From assembly GCF_004010195.1 (NCBI RefSeq), contig NC_057719.1, forward strand, positions 14,506,364-14,548,644: DNA of 42,281 nucleotides, in the 5' to 3' direction. Made by a program: the position numbers and the translations under genes. A model generated the notes under the pieces. It was not told the DNA's origin. It was given only the letters and a program-made list of their open reading frames with translations, and made no database searches. The stretch's first letter is position 1, and every line of letters begins with the position of its first letter. This DNA comes from Chiloscyllium plagiosum (taxonomy: Eukaryota). Positions 1 through 12,302 of the stretch are shown here, piece by piece.

Positions 1-30
1 GTCCACATTGACCCTAGTCTCCTCAGGTTT

Positions 31-390
31 CTTTCATTCATTCAGAGGATGTGGGTGTGGCTGAATAGGCCAGTAGGAATTACACATCCCTAGTTGCCCT
101 CAAAGAGAGTGCCTTCGTAGCTATTTCTGAGGGTCATTAAGAGGCAATCACATTGCTGTGGGTTTGGGGTCACATGTTAGGTTAGAATAGCTAAGAATGG
201 GAGATTTGCTTCCCCAACAGATATTAATGAGCCAGATTTTTGTTTAGGACAATGGTTCCACAGTCACCATTAGCTTGTAATACCAGATTTTTAATTGCAG
301 TTCATTCAAATTTCACCATACACCATGTTGGGATTCTAACCCAGGACCTTAGCCTCAGGTTCTGCATTACTAGACCTGTGACACAATCAC
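31..390 (-). mobile_element. Shark tRNA-derived SINE (non-HE1 family), degenerate
   Basis: The ttcattcattca tail is at the left end, and the body (cacattgctgtgggt..ggtcacatgt, aaatttcacca) is shared with copies at 18373, 27210, 28716 and 40668. Confidence 0.7.
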
Positions 391-624
391 TTCCTTTAAG
401 AGCAATACTGGGAAAGAACTGGTGTGCACAGCAAAGAACCCCCAAGCACTGTAGACAATGGAAGCATTGTACCTGAAGGTGACGTAGCTGTCACTATATG
501 TCAAACGCTACTTCTATGATGGGATAGTACAAAGGTGCCCCTATCCTTGAGCAGCCAGTCTCTCGGTCTTCCTGAATGCCTGGAGATAAACGGTTTGTAG
601 GATTGACTGACACATACGGCCAAA

Positions 625-1190
625 CAAACTAGAAACAGGAGTAGACCATTCAGCCCTTTTAGCCTGTCCTCCACTCAATAAAACCATGACTGATTGGATT
701 GCAACCATAAATCCATATTCCTGCCCATCCCTCTGACAGGGTTTTCTAGTCAATGGTGAAGGTTAAGACCATAAGGAACAGGAACAGAAGTTGGAAACAC
801 TTCATCGCAGACATCAGAAAGTGATTCAAACTCACCTTGTTCCTTTTCTCTCAGCAAGATCCTGACAGATCATTGTGCCTGCTCCACCATTCAATAGTGT
901 CATGGCTGATCGTTTAATAATAATCTACCTCTGCATTAAGGATCCCACTTTAATCACCTTTTCAGGAAAGAGAATTCAAAAAACTCATGGCCTTAAGAAA
1001 CATTTGCTTCTCATCTTGGTTTTAAATGGATAACATCAGATTTCTTAACAATGTTGCCTAGTTAGAAGTTCTCCCATAATAGGTAACATCATCTCCACAT
1101 CTACCATGACAAGACCACTCAGGAACTTGCTTTTCAATCAAGTCACCTCTTAGTCTAAACTACAGCCGATACAAGCCTGGCTTATCCAAA
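625..1190 (-). mobile_element. Old CR1 LINE 3' remnants
   Basis: Contains gaaacaggagtagaccattcagccc and cctgctccaccattcaat..catggctgatc 3'UTR motifs. Confidence 0.6.
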
Positions 1191-1994
1191 GCACTGATAA
1201 ATTAGCTGTACATTTTAATGTTGTCATATGACCATTGTCACAAATGTGACAATGGCATTGTCCTTTGCAAGTTAAATCACTGATTTCTGTTTAAAATTTG
1301 TAAAAGACTAAGCAGTCAGGAAAGAAATGAACACAAGTACAAAACATCTTTGTCATTCAGCAAGGCATAACGGACCATGAATTATGGTTTGTTACTCATG
1401 CATCACATTCTAGAGCTAACAGTTATGTTCTATAAATAATATATGTTGCATAGCCAAATATTTATATTACAATGGCACTTCATTACAAGGGCTTAACAAT
1501 GCACTTTAAGTTTTGGAAAATGGTTAAATTTGGCTTGAAGTTAATGGATCATTTCTCTATTATTTTTGTGGGCACATTATTTAACTGGGAACAATTGGTT
1601 GAAACAGAATGTTTTTGTCTAAATTAAGCTATTTACTAACATATCATTGGCTCAAATTTATGTCTTGTTTGCAACAAAAGCCAATCAGTAATAAATTTAC
1701 CATTAATGTTTGTGTTCGTTTTTGCTGAAGCATTCTGATGAAAGCAATATCAAACAATGAGAGTTAAAGTTTGTTTAAAAACTTTATACTGAGCTCTCCA
1801 ATTCCTCCTTCCCTAATTCCTCCATTGGAATAAAGAGTACCACACCATGGCTCTCAGACGTTTCTCAAACTGAATCCTCCATGCCAGTGAAACTTGTCTC
1901 TCTCTATGATACACCACAAGTGACTGCTCTTCAACAGAAAGTCCAATCTCTCTGAGCATAACAGCCTCTCAAACATAGTTTGCAAGTTTACTGA

Positions 1995-2405
1995 CTAGAA
2001 TAGTAAAGAGGACATTTGGTATGCTTTCCTTTATTGGTCAGTGCATTGAGTATAGGGGTTTGGAGGTCATGTTGCGGCTGTACAGGGCATTGATTAGGCC
2101 ACTGTTGGAATATTGCATGCAATTCTGTTCTCCTTTCTATCAGAGAGATGTTGTGAAACTTGAAAGAGTTCAGAAAAGATTTACAAGGATGTTGCCAGGT
2201 TTGGAGGATTTGAGCTGCTCAAGGAAGTGGTGGAGGCTGGTACAATTACAACATTTAAAAGGAAAGGGATGGGGATATGAATAGGAAGAGTCTGGAGGGA
2301 TATGGGTCAAGTGCTAGCAAATGGGACTAGATTAGGTTCAGAAATCAGGTTGGCATGGACTGAAGGGTCTGTTTCAATGCTGTACACCTCTATGACTCTA
2401 TGACT
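1995..2405 (+). mobile_element. HER1/CR1 LINE 3' fragment with internal deletion
   Basis: Encodes LYRALIRPLLEYCMQFCSP..LERVQKRFTRMLPGL and ends in a (ACTCTATG)n tail. Confidence 0.9.
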
Positions 2406-2627
2406 TGATGATCTCTTGCCCTCTTCAGTAAGAACTCTTCTGCTCTTATATCATAGCAATCCGCTGCTCAGTGAATGCTTTCAGGATCACGACCCACCAA
2501 TGTGCACTGGGATTGCCCTATAAAATGGCACGGGCCTTTTTTAAAAAAAAAAAATTCATAAGTGCACTAACATGTGAACATTTCCCCCCCAAATCAACAA
2601 ACCACGTGTAGTATTATTTGCATCTAT

Positions 2628-2915
2628 TAATCAAAATTAGGGGGCATAATTTTATGGTGAGAGGAGAATGATTTAAAAGGGTCCTGAGAGGCAATGTTTT
2701 CGCATATAGGGTAGTTCATGTGTGGAATGAGCTGCCAGAGGAAGTGGTGGGTACTGGTATAGTTACAAGAGTTAAAGAAGACTTTGGGTAGGTACATGAA
2801 TAGGAAAGGTTTAGAAGGATATGGGCCAAACGTAGGCAAGTGGTACAAGTCCAGATTGGGAAACTTGTTTGGTATGGATGAGTTGGACCACAGGGCTGCT
2901 TCCATGACTCTATAA
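2628..2915 (+). mobile_element. HER1/CR1 LINE 3' end
   Basis: tggaatgagctgccagaggaagtggtg motif and atgactctata tail. Confidence 0.85.
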
Positions 2916-3269
2916 CCACAACCAGTAAATCACCCACATTTTCCAATTGATTTACATGCAAAGCCCCATTAAGGCCAATGCAAACCATCAAAGGTGAGGA
3001 GCGGGGTGGGCAGGCACAAGCAGTGTTAAACTTTAACGTATTGCTACTTTAATTAACTTGATTAGTCATTATTTAGTCATTAGCCCTAAATGTGGATTCC
3101 AAATTTGCACTTCTTTGACCAAGCACTGGACCCCAATTGAAATTCCACATGAATGAGCCCATTTCAGGCTGCAGGTGCATGGTGCAATTTATGACAAAGC
3201 CATTTGGACAGTGTACTTGGGGCATATGAAATCTTTTGTCAAAATGATGTGTAGAGCATGAATCTGATA

Positions 3270-3732
3270 CAGGTAGTTCTGGGATAATGCGCGGTCCAGC
3301 AGTGCGAGTAGGCTATAACATCGCTGAAGAATTAGCGAATGGTATTCTCAAGAACACTTGCCTCCATTCACAATAGCACGATTCCAGTGGGGATCAGTTC
3401 CTGTGCTTCGTTCCACACATGTGTGATGTCAGCTGCCAACAGAGCAACTTTCTGTGAGATGTACTGTACAGAAAGCAGCTTTCTTACATTTATTAAATTA
3501 CTGTGTTAAATTTACTTTTGTTTCATTAATAAATATGATTTTAATCTTGATTCAGACTGTGCTATATTTTGTATTACACTTTTGAGTGATTTTTGAGCGA
3601 TCGGGAGTGATATTTTTTGCTGGGTCTGCCCCAGCCCCACTTTTCCCATCAGCCCCATTATTTATATTAAGCGATTTCTATTAAGCGAGTTTTTGTTGGA
3701 ATGCAACTACGGTATTACAGGAGAACTACCTG
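3270..3732. mobile_element. Non-autonomous Tc1/mariner-pogo (Tigger-like) DNA transposon, 463 bp
   Basis: TA|CAGGTAGTTCT...AGAACTACCTG|TA gives an 11-bp perfect TIR core (imperfect beyond) and a TA duplication at 3268-3269 and 3733-3734. Confidence 0.8.
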
Positions 3733-3809
3733 TAGCTGAAAACCAGACGTTATGCAAGGTTTTCACCTCATGCTCCTACTTTTTCTGAAATAAACTATCC
3801 CCTGTTATT

Positions 3810-5036
3810 GGACGGCAAGGTGGCTCAGTGGTTTGCACTGCTGTCTCATGGCACCAGGGATCTGGGTTTGATTCCAGCCTCAGGTGACTGTGTGGAGTTT
3901 GCATGTTGTCTCTGTGTCACCAGCAGGGATCACTTGAGTTTCTCATTTGTATAAATGATTTGGATGAGAATATGGAAAGCATGATTAGTAAGTTTGTGGA
4001 CGACACAAATTGGTGGCATAGTGGACAGTGAAGAAGGTTTTCTAAGATTAAAAAGGGATCGTGATCAAATGGATCAATGGGGTGAAAAATGGCAGGTAGA
4101 GTCCAATCTGGATGAATCAAGGTGTTGCATTTTGGTACAACAAACAAGAGTATAAGGCTTATACAATTAGTGGTAGGGCCTTGAGTAGTGTTGTAGAACA
4201 GAGGGACCCAGGGGTTCAGGTACATAATTCTTTGAGGTTTGCATCACATATAGACAGGATGGTGTTTGACACGCTTGCCTTCATTGCTCAGTCCTAATAG
4301 ATTAGAAGTTGGGACATCATGTTGAGGTTGTACAGGACATTGGTGAGGCCTCTTCTGGACTACTGCGTCCAGTTCTGGTTGGCCAGTTATAGGAAGGATA
4401 TTATTAAGCTGGAAGGTTCAGAAGGTATTTACCAAGGTTTTTGCAGGATATGGATGGTTTGAGTTATAGAGAAAGGCTGAATAGGTTGGGACTTTTTTCA
4501 CTACAGCGTAGGAGGTTGAGAAGTTTATAAAATAATGAGAGGTATAGATAGAGTTATTGGGAGTTGTTTTTACCCCAGAATGGGCAATTTCAAGATTAGG
4601 GGGCACATTTCTAATGTGAGATGAGAGAGAATTTTTTTTAAAATGAGGCTTTTTTTTACAGAGAGAGTGTAACGAACTTCCTGAGGAAGTGGTGAATGTG
4701 GGTACAGTCATAACATTTACAAGGATAACATTGGAGAGATATAGGCCAGGAGCAGGCAGGTGGGACTAGTTTAGCTTGGGATTATGTTTGACATGGGCTG
4801 GTTGGACTGAAGAGTCTGTTTCTGAGCTGTATGACTCTATAACTCTATGTACAGGTTCAGTGGTTTGGCCATACTAAGCTGCCCATAATGTCCAGTGATG
4901 CGCAGGCTCGGTGGGTTAGGCATGGAAAATGCATGATTATAGGGTAAGGGGTGCATATGGGTGGGATGCTCTTTGGAGGGTTGGTGTAGACTCAATGGGC
5001 TGAATGGCCTGCTTCCACATTGTAGATATCCTATGA
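3810..5036 (+). mobile_element. HE1 SINE (3810-3918 and 4847-5036) split by a HER1/CR1 LINE fragment (3918-4848)
   Basis: The tRNA-like head ggtggctcagtggtttgcactgc is followed by RT-coding remnants with an ACTCTAT tail, then the SINE body resumes at gtacaggttcagtggtttggccat. Confidence 0.85.
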
Positions 5037-5144
5037 AATGTCTTTTGATTTACTCCAAATCCAACTGTTGTGAAAGAAAAATGTTGTTTCAAAACCAGTG
5101 TTGGCAGACAATAGAGAACAATTTGAACAACAGTTCAAAACAAC

Positions 5145-5270
5145 AACAGCTTGAAGAATCACACTAGACTTGAATTGCTTCTCTCTCACAGATGCTGCAA
5201 GACCTGCTGAGCTTCTCTAGCATTCTCAGTGTTCGCATCAGGTTTCCTGCATCCGCACTAACTTGCTTGC
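5145..5270 (+). mobile_element. Degenerate Penelope-like terminal repeat
   Basis: cacagatgctgcaagacctgctgagcttctctagca motif, shared with 16925, 19040 and 24455. Confidence 0.6.
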
Positions 5271-6495
5271 AACAGATTACCTTTCACCATTCGATTGCTT
5301 GTCAGATTACCATTTTGCCATGTTAACTTTATCAGAGATCAATTTTTTCCAACCTCGGAATTGCTCAACTGTCTCAACCATAAGATAATAAAGATGTGAA
5401 GTGTTCACAGTAAAACATCCTGTCGAATTAGACACAAATATCTACACGGTTCAAACCACAAAGGTGCCAATTGCAACACCTGAATATCGGTATTTCCTTT
5501 ATTCTGGTCCCCGATCCACAACTAAGAAGGGAGAATAGTCAAAAGAATGAAATAAAATAATCACAGGTGTAGAATTCAGAATGGCTAGGTACTGATACAG
5601 AATAATGGCTATTATTCATGAGAATTAGAATTCACTTTATTTTCAAGTACTCAAATTAAAAGTTTACAAATCGCCACTTACAGTGCCATTATAGGTACAA
5701 AGGTACCTGGGTACAGACTCTTAACTACAAACTCTTCGGGAAAAATTAGGACAGTTACTGTACAACCAAATGAATCACAGACATTGTAAATGGTAGCAAC
5801 ATCCTTGTGGTTTGTAATCATCTGGACCAACAAAGCTGTGTAACAATTTGAATTCTCTCCTTGTTATCTGATATTTAAAATTAAATACAAACTATGTGAT
5901 TTAAATAAAATGATTACGCATCACTCTTTTTATACCATGAATGTACTGATCCAGAGCATAATCATTGCAATATGTGTGCTCTGACACTGATTTGAATTTT
6001 GCCATGGTAGTAATGGCAAAATGGTCAGTGATTGTCATCATTACTCCACTGAAACTGATACCTACTCTTGCAAAGCATAACTTGCAAATCCAAAAATAAT
6101 TGTCAATACTTCCATCCATCTTCAGAGGGAAGGAGGTTAGGAATCCACAGAGAGCTGCCAATGGAATCGATGGGAATTTTGCAGTGATCCTCAGTAAATG
6201 CTGTGAAATCCTTGGAAGTCTTGGCAAAGTCGACCCTCAACCAGCTAACCTGTTCACTATGCGCTTTAGTGAAAAAGATAACTTCTGCCTTTTTACCTGG
6301 TCCAACAAACACTGTACTCTTTTTATGTTTCTGGACTTTCTGATTGTGGACTGCATTAGGAGAACAACTGGTTTAAAAACCAAAGGGTTGTTGAAAGAAT
6401 GCTGCACTTTTTAAAAAGCGGGTAATGTGACACTCGTAAGTGTTGTTTGCGCAGCTGTTTGGGCAGTGGGGGAAACCTAGACACTGATGCACTGG

Positions 6496-7020
6496 ACATA
6501 AGAACGAAGAGCTGGAGCAGGCCTTAAGCCTGCTCTGCCATTTCATATGATCGTGGCTGATCTCAACTCAGTCTCAAATCCACTTTCCTGCCCGCCCTCC
6601 ATAACCCTTCAACCCATGACTCATTAAAAATCTATTTCCTCCTTAGATGTACCAGCATCCACCACACTCTGGGATAGTGAATTCCACAGATCCACAACTC
6701 TGAGAGATGTAGGTCCTCTTCACCTCTGTTTTAAATATGCTACTATGTCCTCTCATTCTGGATCACCCTGTATGAGGAAACATCCTTCCTACTTTCTCAA
6801 TCCCCTTTAGTGTGTCGTATACCTCAATTAGATGTACTCTCATTCTTCTAAACTCCAGTCAGTATCGGCCTAAACTGGTCAGTCTCTCTTCACAAGACAA
6901 ACCATTTAATACTGGAAACAATCCAGTGTACTTCCTCTGAACTGTCTCCAATCCAGCTACATCCCTCTTCCATTAAGACTACCAAAATTGTATGCAGTAT
7001 TCAAGGTTCAATGTCACATA
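6496..7020 (-). mobile_element. CR1 LINE 3' fragment
   Basis: cataagaa tail, gcctgctctgccatttcatatgatcgtggctgatc, attcttctaaactcca. Confidence 0.8.
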
Positions 7021-7287
7021 TTGGACACCATCATTTGCTGATCCTGATTTTTCATACCCACCCGATATGACATAACAAACACTGCCCAATAGGCAAGAAC
7101 TGAAAAACAAAAATGAAAAACCAAGGACGTTGAATGCTGAACTCAGCTCTCATTTTTTGGTAAAATAAATCGACCACCAAACTAATAAATTGTTACAACA
7201 CACACCTGCCCATCAAAGGTAGTTAACCACAACTAAACCAAACAAAGGAGGAGACTATAACAAAAATCAAAGAGGCAGTTGGAAACC

Positions 7288-8536
7288 ATGGAAATCATGC
7301 CTCATGAACGTGATTATGTTTTTTGAAGTAATAACAAAGAGGATTGACGAGGGCAGAGCGGTGGATGTAATGTGTATGAACTTGAGTAAAGCTTTCGACA
7401 AACTTCCTCATGGTAGCTTGGTTAGCAAGGTAAGATCACATGGAATACAGGAAGAACTAGCCATCTGGATACAGAACTGGTTCAAACGTAGGAGACAGAG
7501 GGTGGTTGTGATGGGTTGTGTCCAATGGTGTGCTACAAGGATTGGTGCTGGGTCCACTGCTTTTCACATTTGTATAAATGATTTGGATGTGATCATAGGC
7601 GGTATGGTTAGTAAGTTTGCAGATGCCACCAGGATTGGCGGTCTCGTGAAAAGCGAAGAAGTTTACCTCAGAGTACACTAGGACCTTGATCAGAGGCCAA
7701 TGGGCCGAGGAGTGGCAGATGGAGTTTAATTTAGATAAATGTGAGGTGCTGCATTCTGGAAAGGTATATCAAAGCAGGACTTGGACCCTAATGGTAAGGT
7801 CTTGGGGAGTGTTACTGAACAAAGAGACCTCAGATTGTAGGTTCATAGTTCCTTGAAAGTGGTGTCATAGGTAGACACTGGTGTCAGAGGAAGAGAAAGT
7901 GAGGACTGCAGATGCTGACAGGTTAGTGAAGATGGCGTTTGGTATGCCTGCCTTCATTGGGAGATCATACTGCAGCTGTAGAGGACATTGGTTAGGCCAC
8001 TTTTGGAATATTGTGTGCAGTTCTGGTCTCCCTCCTATGGGAAGGAATTTGTGAAACTTGAAAGGGTTCAGAAAAGATTTACAAGGATGTTGCCAGGGTT
8101 GGAGGGTTTGAGCTATAGAGAGAGGTCGAATGGCTGGGGCTGTTTTCCCTGGAGCATCGGAGGCTGAGGGGTGACCTCATAGAGGTTTATAAAATCACGA
8201 GGGGCATGGATAGGATAAACAGACAAAGTCTTTTCCCTGGTTTAGGGGAGTCCAGAACTAGAGGGCAGAGGTTTAAGGGAAAGATTTATAAGGGACCTAA
8301 AGGGCAACTCTGTCCATGCAGAGGGTGGTGCTTATATTGAATGAGCTGCCAGATGAAGTGGTGGAGGCTGATACAACTACAACATTTAAGAGACATGTGG
8401 ATGGGTAAATGAATAGGAAGGGTTGAGAGGGATATGGGCCAAATGCTGGCAGATTAATCCAGGATATCTGGTCGGCATCTATGAGTTGGACCGAAGAGTC
8501 TGTTTCCGCGCTGTGCATCTTTATGATTCTTTGACT
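7288..8536 (+). mobile_element. HER1/CR1 LINE ORF2 (RT) 3' half, decayed; small PLE fragment at about 7879-7917
   Basis: Encodes DEGRAVDV..SKAFDKLPH..KFADAT RT motifs with frameshifts, followed by a typical 3' tail. Confidence 0.92.
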
Positions 8537-8819
8537 TGATGAGTTAGGATGAGGGGAAGCTACAGGGTCATTTTGTGAATCGTAGGCAGTGACTCATGGA
8601 GTACTATAGGCATCAGTGTTTGGACTTCAAATGTGCAAAATATATATTGATTCAGATAAGGGACCTATGTGCAATATTTCCAAATTAATGTCAACACAAA
8701 GCTGGGTGGGAAGGTGAATGCTGAGAAGGATGCAGAGATATTTCAGTGTGATGTGGACAAGTTCAGTGAGTGGGCAAATCCATGCAGATGAACAGTAGCA
8801 AAAACACCGAGGCAGATTG

Positions 8820-9036
8820 CAGTCAGTTCTGATACAACACGATAGGTCCATTCTCGTGCGATTTCACATTATAAGAAAATCGTGCAATAGCCGTGCCATT
8901 TAAACTAATGGGGCTAGAATCATGTTGTAGCCAGTACAGGTAAGGAAAGTTTGCATTCCACAAATAACAGTCTAAAATCTCCAATCGTGTCAAAGCCAGT
9001 TGGCATCGAAGAAACGTATTATGGTGGAACTGACTG
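8820..9036. mobile_element. Tigger-like MITE, 217 bp
   Basis: CAGTCAGTTC...GAACTGACTG TIRs. The right flank is TA and the left is TG (mutated TA). It interrupts the host sequence gcagat-ta-ttatctgaatgg. Confidence 0.8.
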
Positions 9037-9334
9037 TATTATCTGAATGGGGTAGTGCCAAAAGATTTGAACGCCCGATGGTGAAGGTAAGCATGCTGGT
9101 GCAGGAGGTGATGGAGAATGCAAAATTGAAGAATGAGAGAATTGGAGTACAGGAGCAGGGATGTCTTACTCCTATTGTACAGCGCCTTGGGAAGGCCACA
9201 CCTGGAATACCATGTACAGTTTTGTTCTCCTTATCTAACTATGGAGGGTGTGTAACAAAGTTTTACCAAACTAATTCCTGGGATAGCAGGACTGACGTAT
9301 GAAGAGAGTCAATGGGGTGAATTTGCATTTGCTG

Positions 9335-9808
9335 ATTCTTTCTATTTTGTTCAAAAAGCACACAATCTGCAGGCAATCAATACATATAATATTTCATAAA
9401 TTCCTACTTTGGAAATAGAACTACTCTGGCTCAAGACTGGGAGACAGCCAGACTCTAACCTCACATCTTTAATAGATTGTCTGAGTTGAGACGTCACTTT
9501 CTTTTGCTAGAATGTAAAGTTATCTCAAGAATGTCACTTGAATTTCTGGGATTTACATATTAATGGACCGAAACCTGCAATCCATTCTAAAAGATGAAAG
9601 ACTTAACAGCAATCTAGGTTTGTTCAATATATCATTTCAGTTGTATGACACTGATCTTTTTCCATAAATTCTGTGTTTTATGGTCCTGCTCCGCAGCTAC
9701 CTGATGAAGGAGCAGCACTCTGAAAGCTAGTACTTCTAAATAAACCTGTCAGACTATAATGTGGTGTGTGAAATTTTTGACTTTGTTCACCCTAGTCCAA
9801 CACCATGA
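9335..9808 (+). mobile_element. Penelope-like element terminus (family 2) containing a hammerhead motif
   Basis: CTGATGA..GAAA motif followed by aataaacctgt..gactataa..tggtgt..cccagtccaacacc, the same 3' block as 21541-21630. Confidence 0.7.
9696..9733 (+). ncRNA. Minimal type I hammerhead ribozyme motif
   Basis: tac-CTGATGA-a-GGAG cagca CTCT-GAA-AGCT-A^-gta. The core is complete, with a 4-bp stem II, a palindromic loop-less stem III and a 3-bp stem I. Confidence 0.65.
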
Positions 9809-9940
9809 CTAGACAAGGCAAACACAAGAACAATATTCCTGATGACCACAGTCCAGAACCAGGGGTCACAGTCTAAGGGTACCTTTCTGACCGAGATGAG
9901 GAGAAATGTTTTCTCCCCACAGGAGAATGGGGATTTTATT

Positions 9941-10260
9941 AGATTAGATTAGATTAGATTACTTACAGTGTGGAAACAGGCTCTTCGGCCCAACAAGTCC
10001 ACACCGCCCCGCCGAAGCGCAACCCACCCATACCCCTACATTTACCCCTTACCTAACACTATGGGCAATTTAGCATGGCCAATTCACCTGACCTGCACAT
10101 CTTTGGACTGTGGGAGGAAACCGGAGCACCCGGAGGAAACCCACACAAACACGGGGAGAATGTGCAAACTCCACACAGTCAGTCGCCTGAGGCGGGAATT
10201 GAACCCGGGTCTCTGGCGCTGTGAGGCTGCAGTGCTAACCACTGTGCCACTGTGCCACCC
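9941..10260 (-). mobile_element. Full-length young HE1 SINE
   Basis: tRNA head (GGTGGCACAGTGGTTAGCACTG; GGTTCAATTCC B-box), central V-type domain and (TAATC)n tail. Confidence 0.95.
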
Positions 10261-11470
10261 ATAGAACATAGAACATAGAACAATACAGTGCAGAACAGGC
10301 CCTTCGGCCCTCGATGTTGCGCTGACCTGTGAACTATTCTCAGCTCGTCCCCCTACACTATCCCATCATCATCCATTGGCTTATCCAAGGATTGGTTAAA
10401 TCTCCCTAATGTGGCTGAGTTGACTACATTAGCAGGTAGGGCATTCCACGCCCTTACCACTCTCTGCATAAAGAACCTGCCTCTGACATCTGTCTTAAAT
10501 CTATCACCCATCAATTTGTAGTTATGCCCTCTCGTACACGTTGACGTCATCATCCTAGGAAAAAGATGTTCACTGTCTACCCTATCTAATCCTCTGATCA
10601 TCTTGTATGTCTCTATCAAATCCCCTCTTAGCCTTCTTCTTTCCAATAAGAACAGACCCAAGTCTCTCAGCCTTTCCTCATAAGACCTTCCCTCCAGACC
10701 AGACAACATCCTGGTAAACCTCTTCTGCACCTTTTCCAATGCTTCCACATCCTTTCCGAAATATGGCGACCAGAATTGAACACAATATTCCAAGTACAGC
10801 TGCGCTAGCGTTTTGTATAGTTGCAGCATGATACTGCTGCTCTGGAACTCAATCCCTCTACCAATGAAACCTAACACACTGTATGCCTTCTTAACAGCAC
10901 TATCAACCTGTGTGGCAACTTTCAGGGATCTATGTACATGGACTCCAAGATCCCTCTGCACATCCACACTACCAAGAACCTTTCCATTGATCCAGTACTC
11001 TGCCATCCTGTTATTCTTCCCAAAGTGAATCACCTCACATTTAGTTGCATTAAACTCCATTTGCCATCTCTCAGCCCAATTCTGCAGTTTATCCAAGTCC
11101 CCATGCAACCTGTAACATTCTTACAAACTGTGCACTACTCCACTGACTTTAGTGTCATCTGCAAGTTTACTAATCCAGCCACCTATGCCTGCGTCTAAGT
11201 CATTTATAAAAATGACAAACAGCAGTGGTCCCAAAACAGATCCTTGTGGCACACCACCAGTAACTGGACTCCAGGCTGATTATTTTCCATCAACCACCAC
11301 TCGCTGCCTTCTTTCAGAAAGCCAGTTTCTAATCCAAACTGCTAAATCACCCTCAATTTCATGCCTCTGCATTTTCTCCAACAGCCTACCATGTGGAACC
11401 TTATCAAAGGCTTTACTAAAGTCCATGTATACCACATCAACTGCCCTACCCTCATCCACATGCTTGGTCT
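10261..11470 (-). mobile_element. Young 5'-truncated CR1/HER1-type LINE, near-intact RT C-terminus
   Basis: 251-aa ORF 10353-11108 (DLDKLQNWAERWQMEFN..LEYCVQFWSP..RLRGDLIETYK), upstream VYMDFSKAFDKVPH, and a (TTCTATG)n tail. Confidence 0.95.
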
Positions 11471-11541
11471 TGTGGAATTTTCTGCCACAGAAAGTAGTCG
11501 AGACCAAAACATTAAATGTTTTCAGGAAGGAGTTTGATATA

Positions 11542-11702
11542 CAGAGGAACCTTGATTATCTGAATGTCGAGTACCCGAATTTCAGATTATCCAAACAAGA
11601 TCGCAAGGTCCTGGTGTTTGGCTAAACTGTGTTATCTGGCATTTGATTTTCTGAACAAAATATTCCCTGCCCCATGTCGTTCGGATAATCGAGGTTCCTC
11701 TG
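11542..11702. mobile_element. Tigger/pogo-like MITE, 161 bp
   Basis: TIR CAGAGGAACCT(T/C)GATTATC(T/C)GAA matches at 21/23, with TA at 11540-11541 and 11703-11704. Confidence 0.9.
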
Positions 11703-12302
11703 TAGTTCTTAGAACTAAAGGGACTGAAGGGTGTGGGAAGAAAGCAGAAACAGAGTACTGAGTAGGATGATCAGCCACAATCATATTGAAGGTGGAACAG
11801 GCTTAAGGGGCCAAATGGCCTACTCCTGTTCCTATTTTCTAGCTGTTATGTAATAAAGATTGGGGGTGGGGAGGTGGACATCCAGATGGGGAAGATAATG
11901 CAGTCCATTTCCCACCTCTTCCTAAATGCTACCAGTGGATGCCATATGCTCCCAATTTCAGGTACATTACAGGTTAAGTAAATTTCAACCAAATTGAATA
12001 AGTAACAATTCACAGTAAACATACTTCAGGAAACTGGGAAATATCACACCAGCAAAGCCTGACAAATGTTGCAGTTTGCACAAGCATAGATCAATTCCAT
12101 TTTGATTTACAAAACTCAAACTTGAGTAGAAAGAATCAAAAAGTTTGCCAGAGACCTTTCTTGCATTGACATGAAGCAGAGTCTTGCAATTTCAAAGCAC
12201 AAACAAAAATATCTTATTACTTTGCTGAAATAGCTCCTCCCTCACTTCACCGGATTAATAAAACTAAACTTTATAAACCACAGTCAAACAATTATCACGT
12301 GG

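Larger units (their letters stand above)
8660..11850 (+). mobile_element. Old CR1 LINE fragment broken into pieces by five younger insertions
   Basis: Collinear pieces at 8660-8818, 9037-9333, 9808-9935, 11470-11541 and 11703-11850. Confidence 0.7.

Noticed and set aside
5901..6414. Overlapping 70-108 aa ORFs as a possible further exon
   Set aside because: There is no LTBP-like motif or convincing splice-site pair
10185..10260. tRNA gene
   Set aside because: The A/B boxes belong to the SINE head, and there is no complete cloverleaf
9968..10264. Recurrent ORFs such as MGNLAWPIHLTCTSLDCGRKPEHPEETH
   Set aside because: These are antisense translations of HE1 SINE copies
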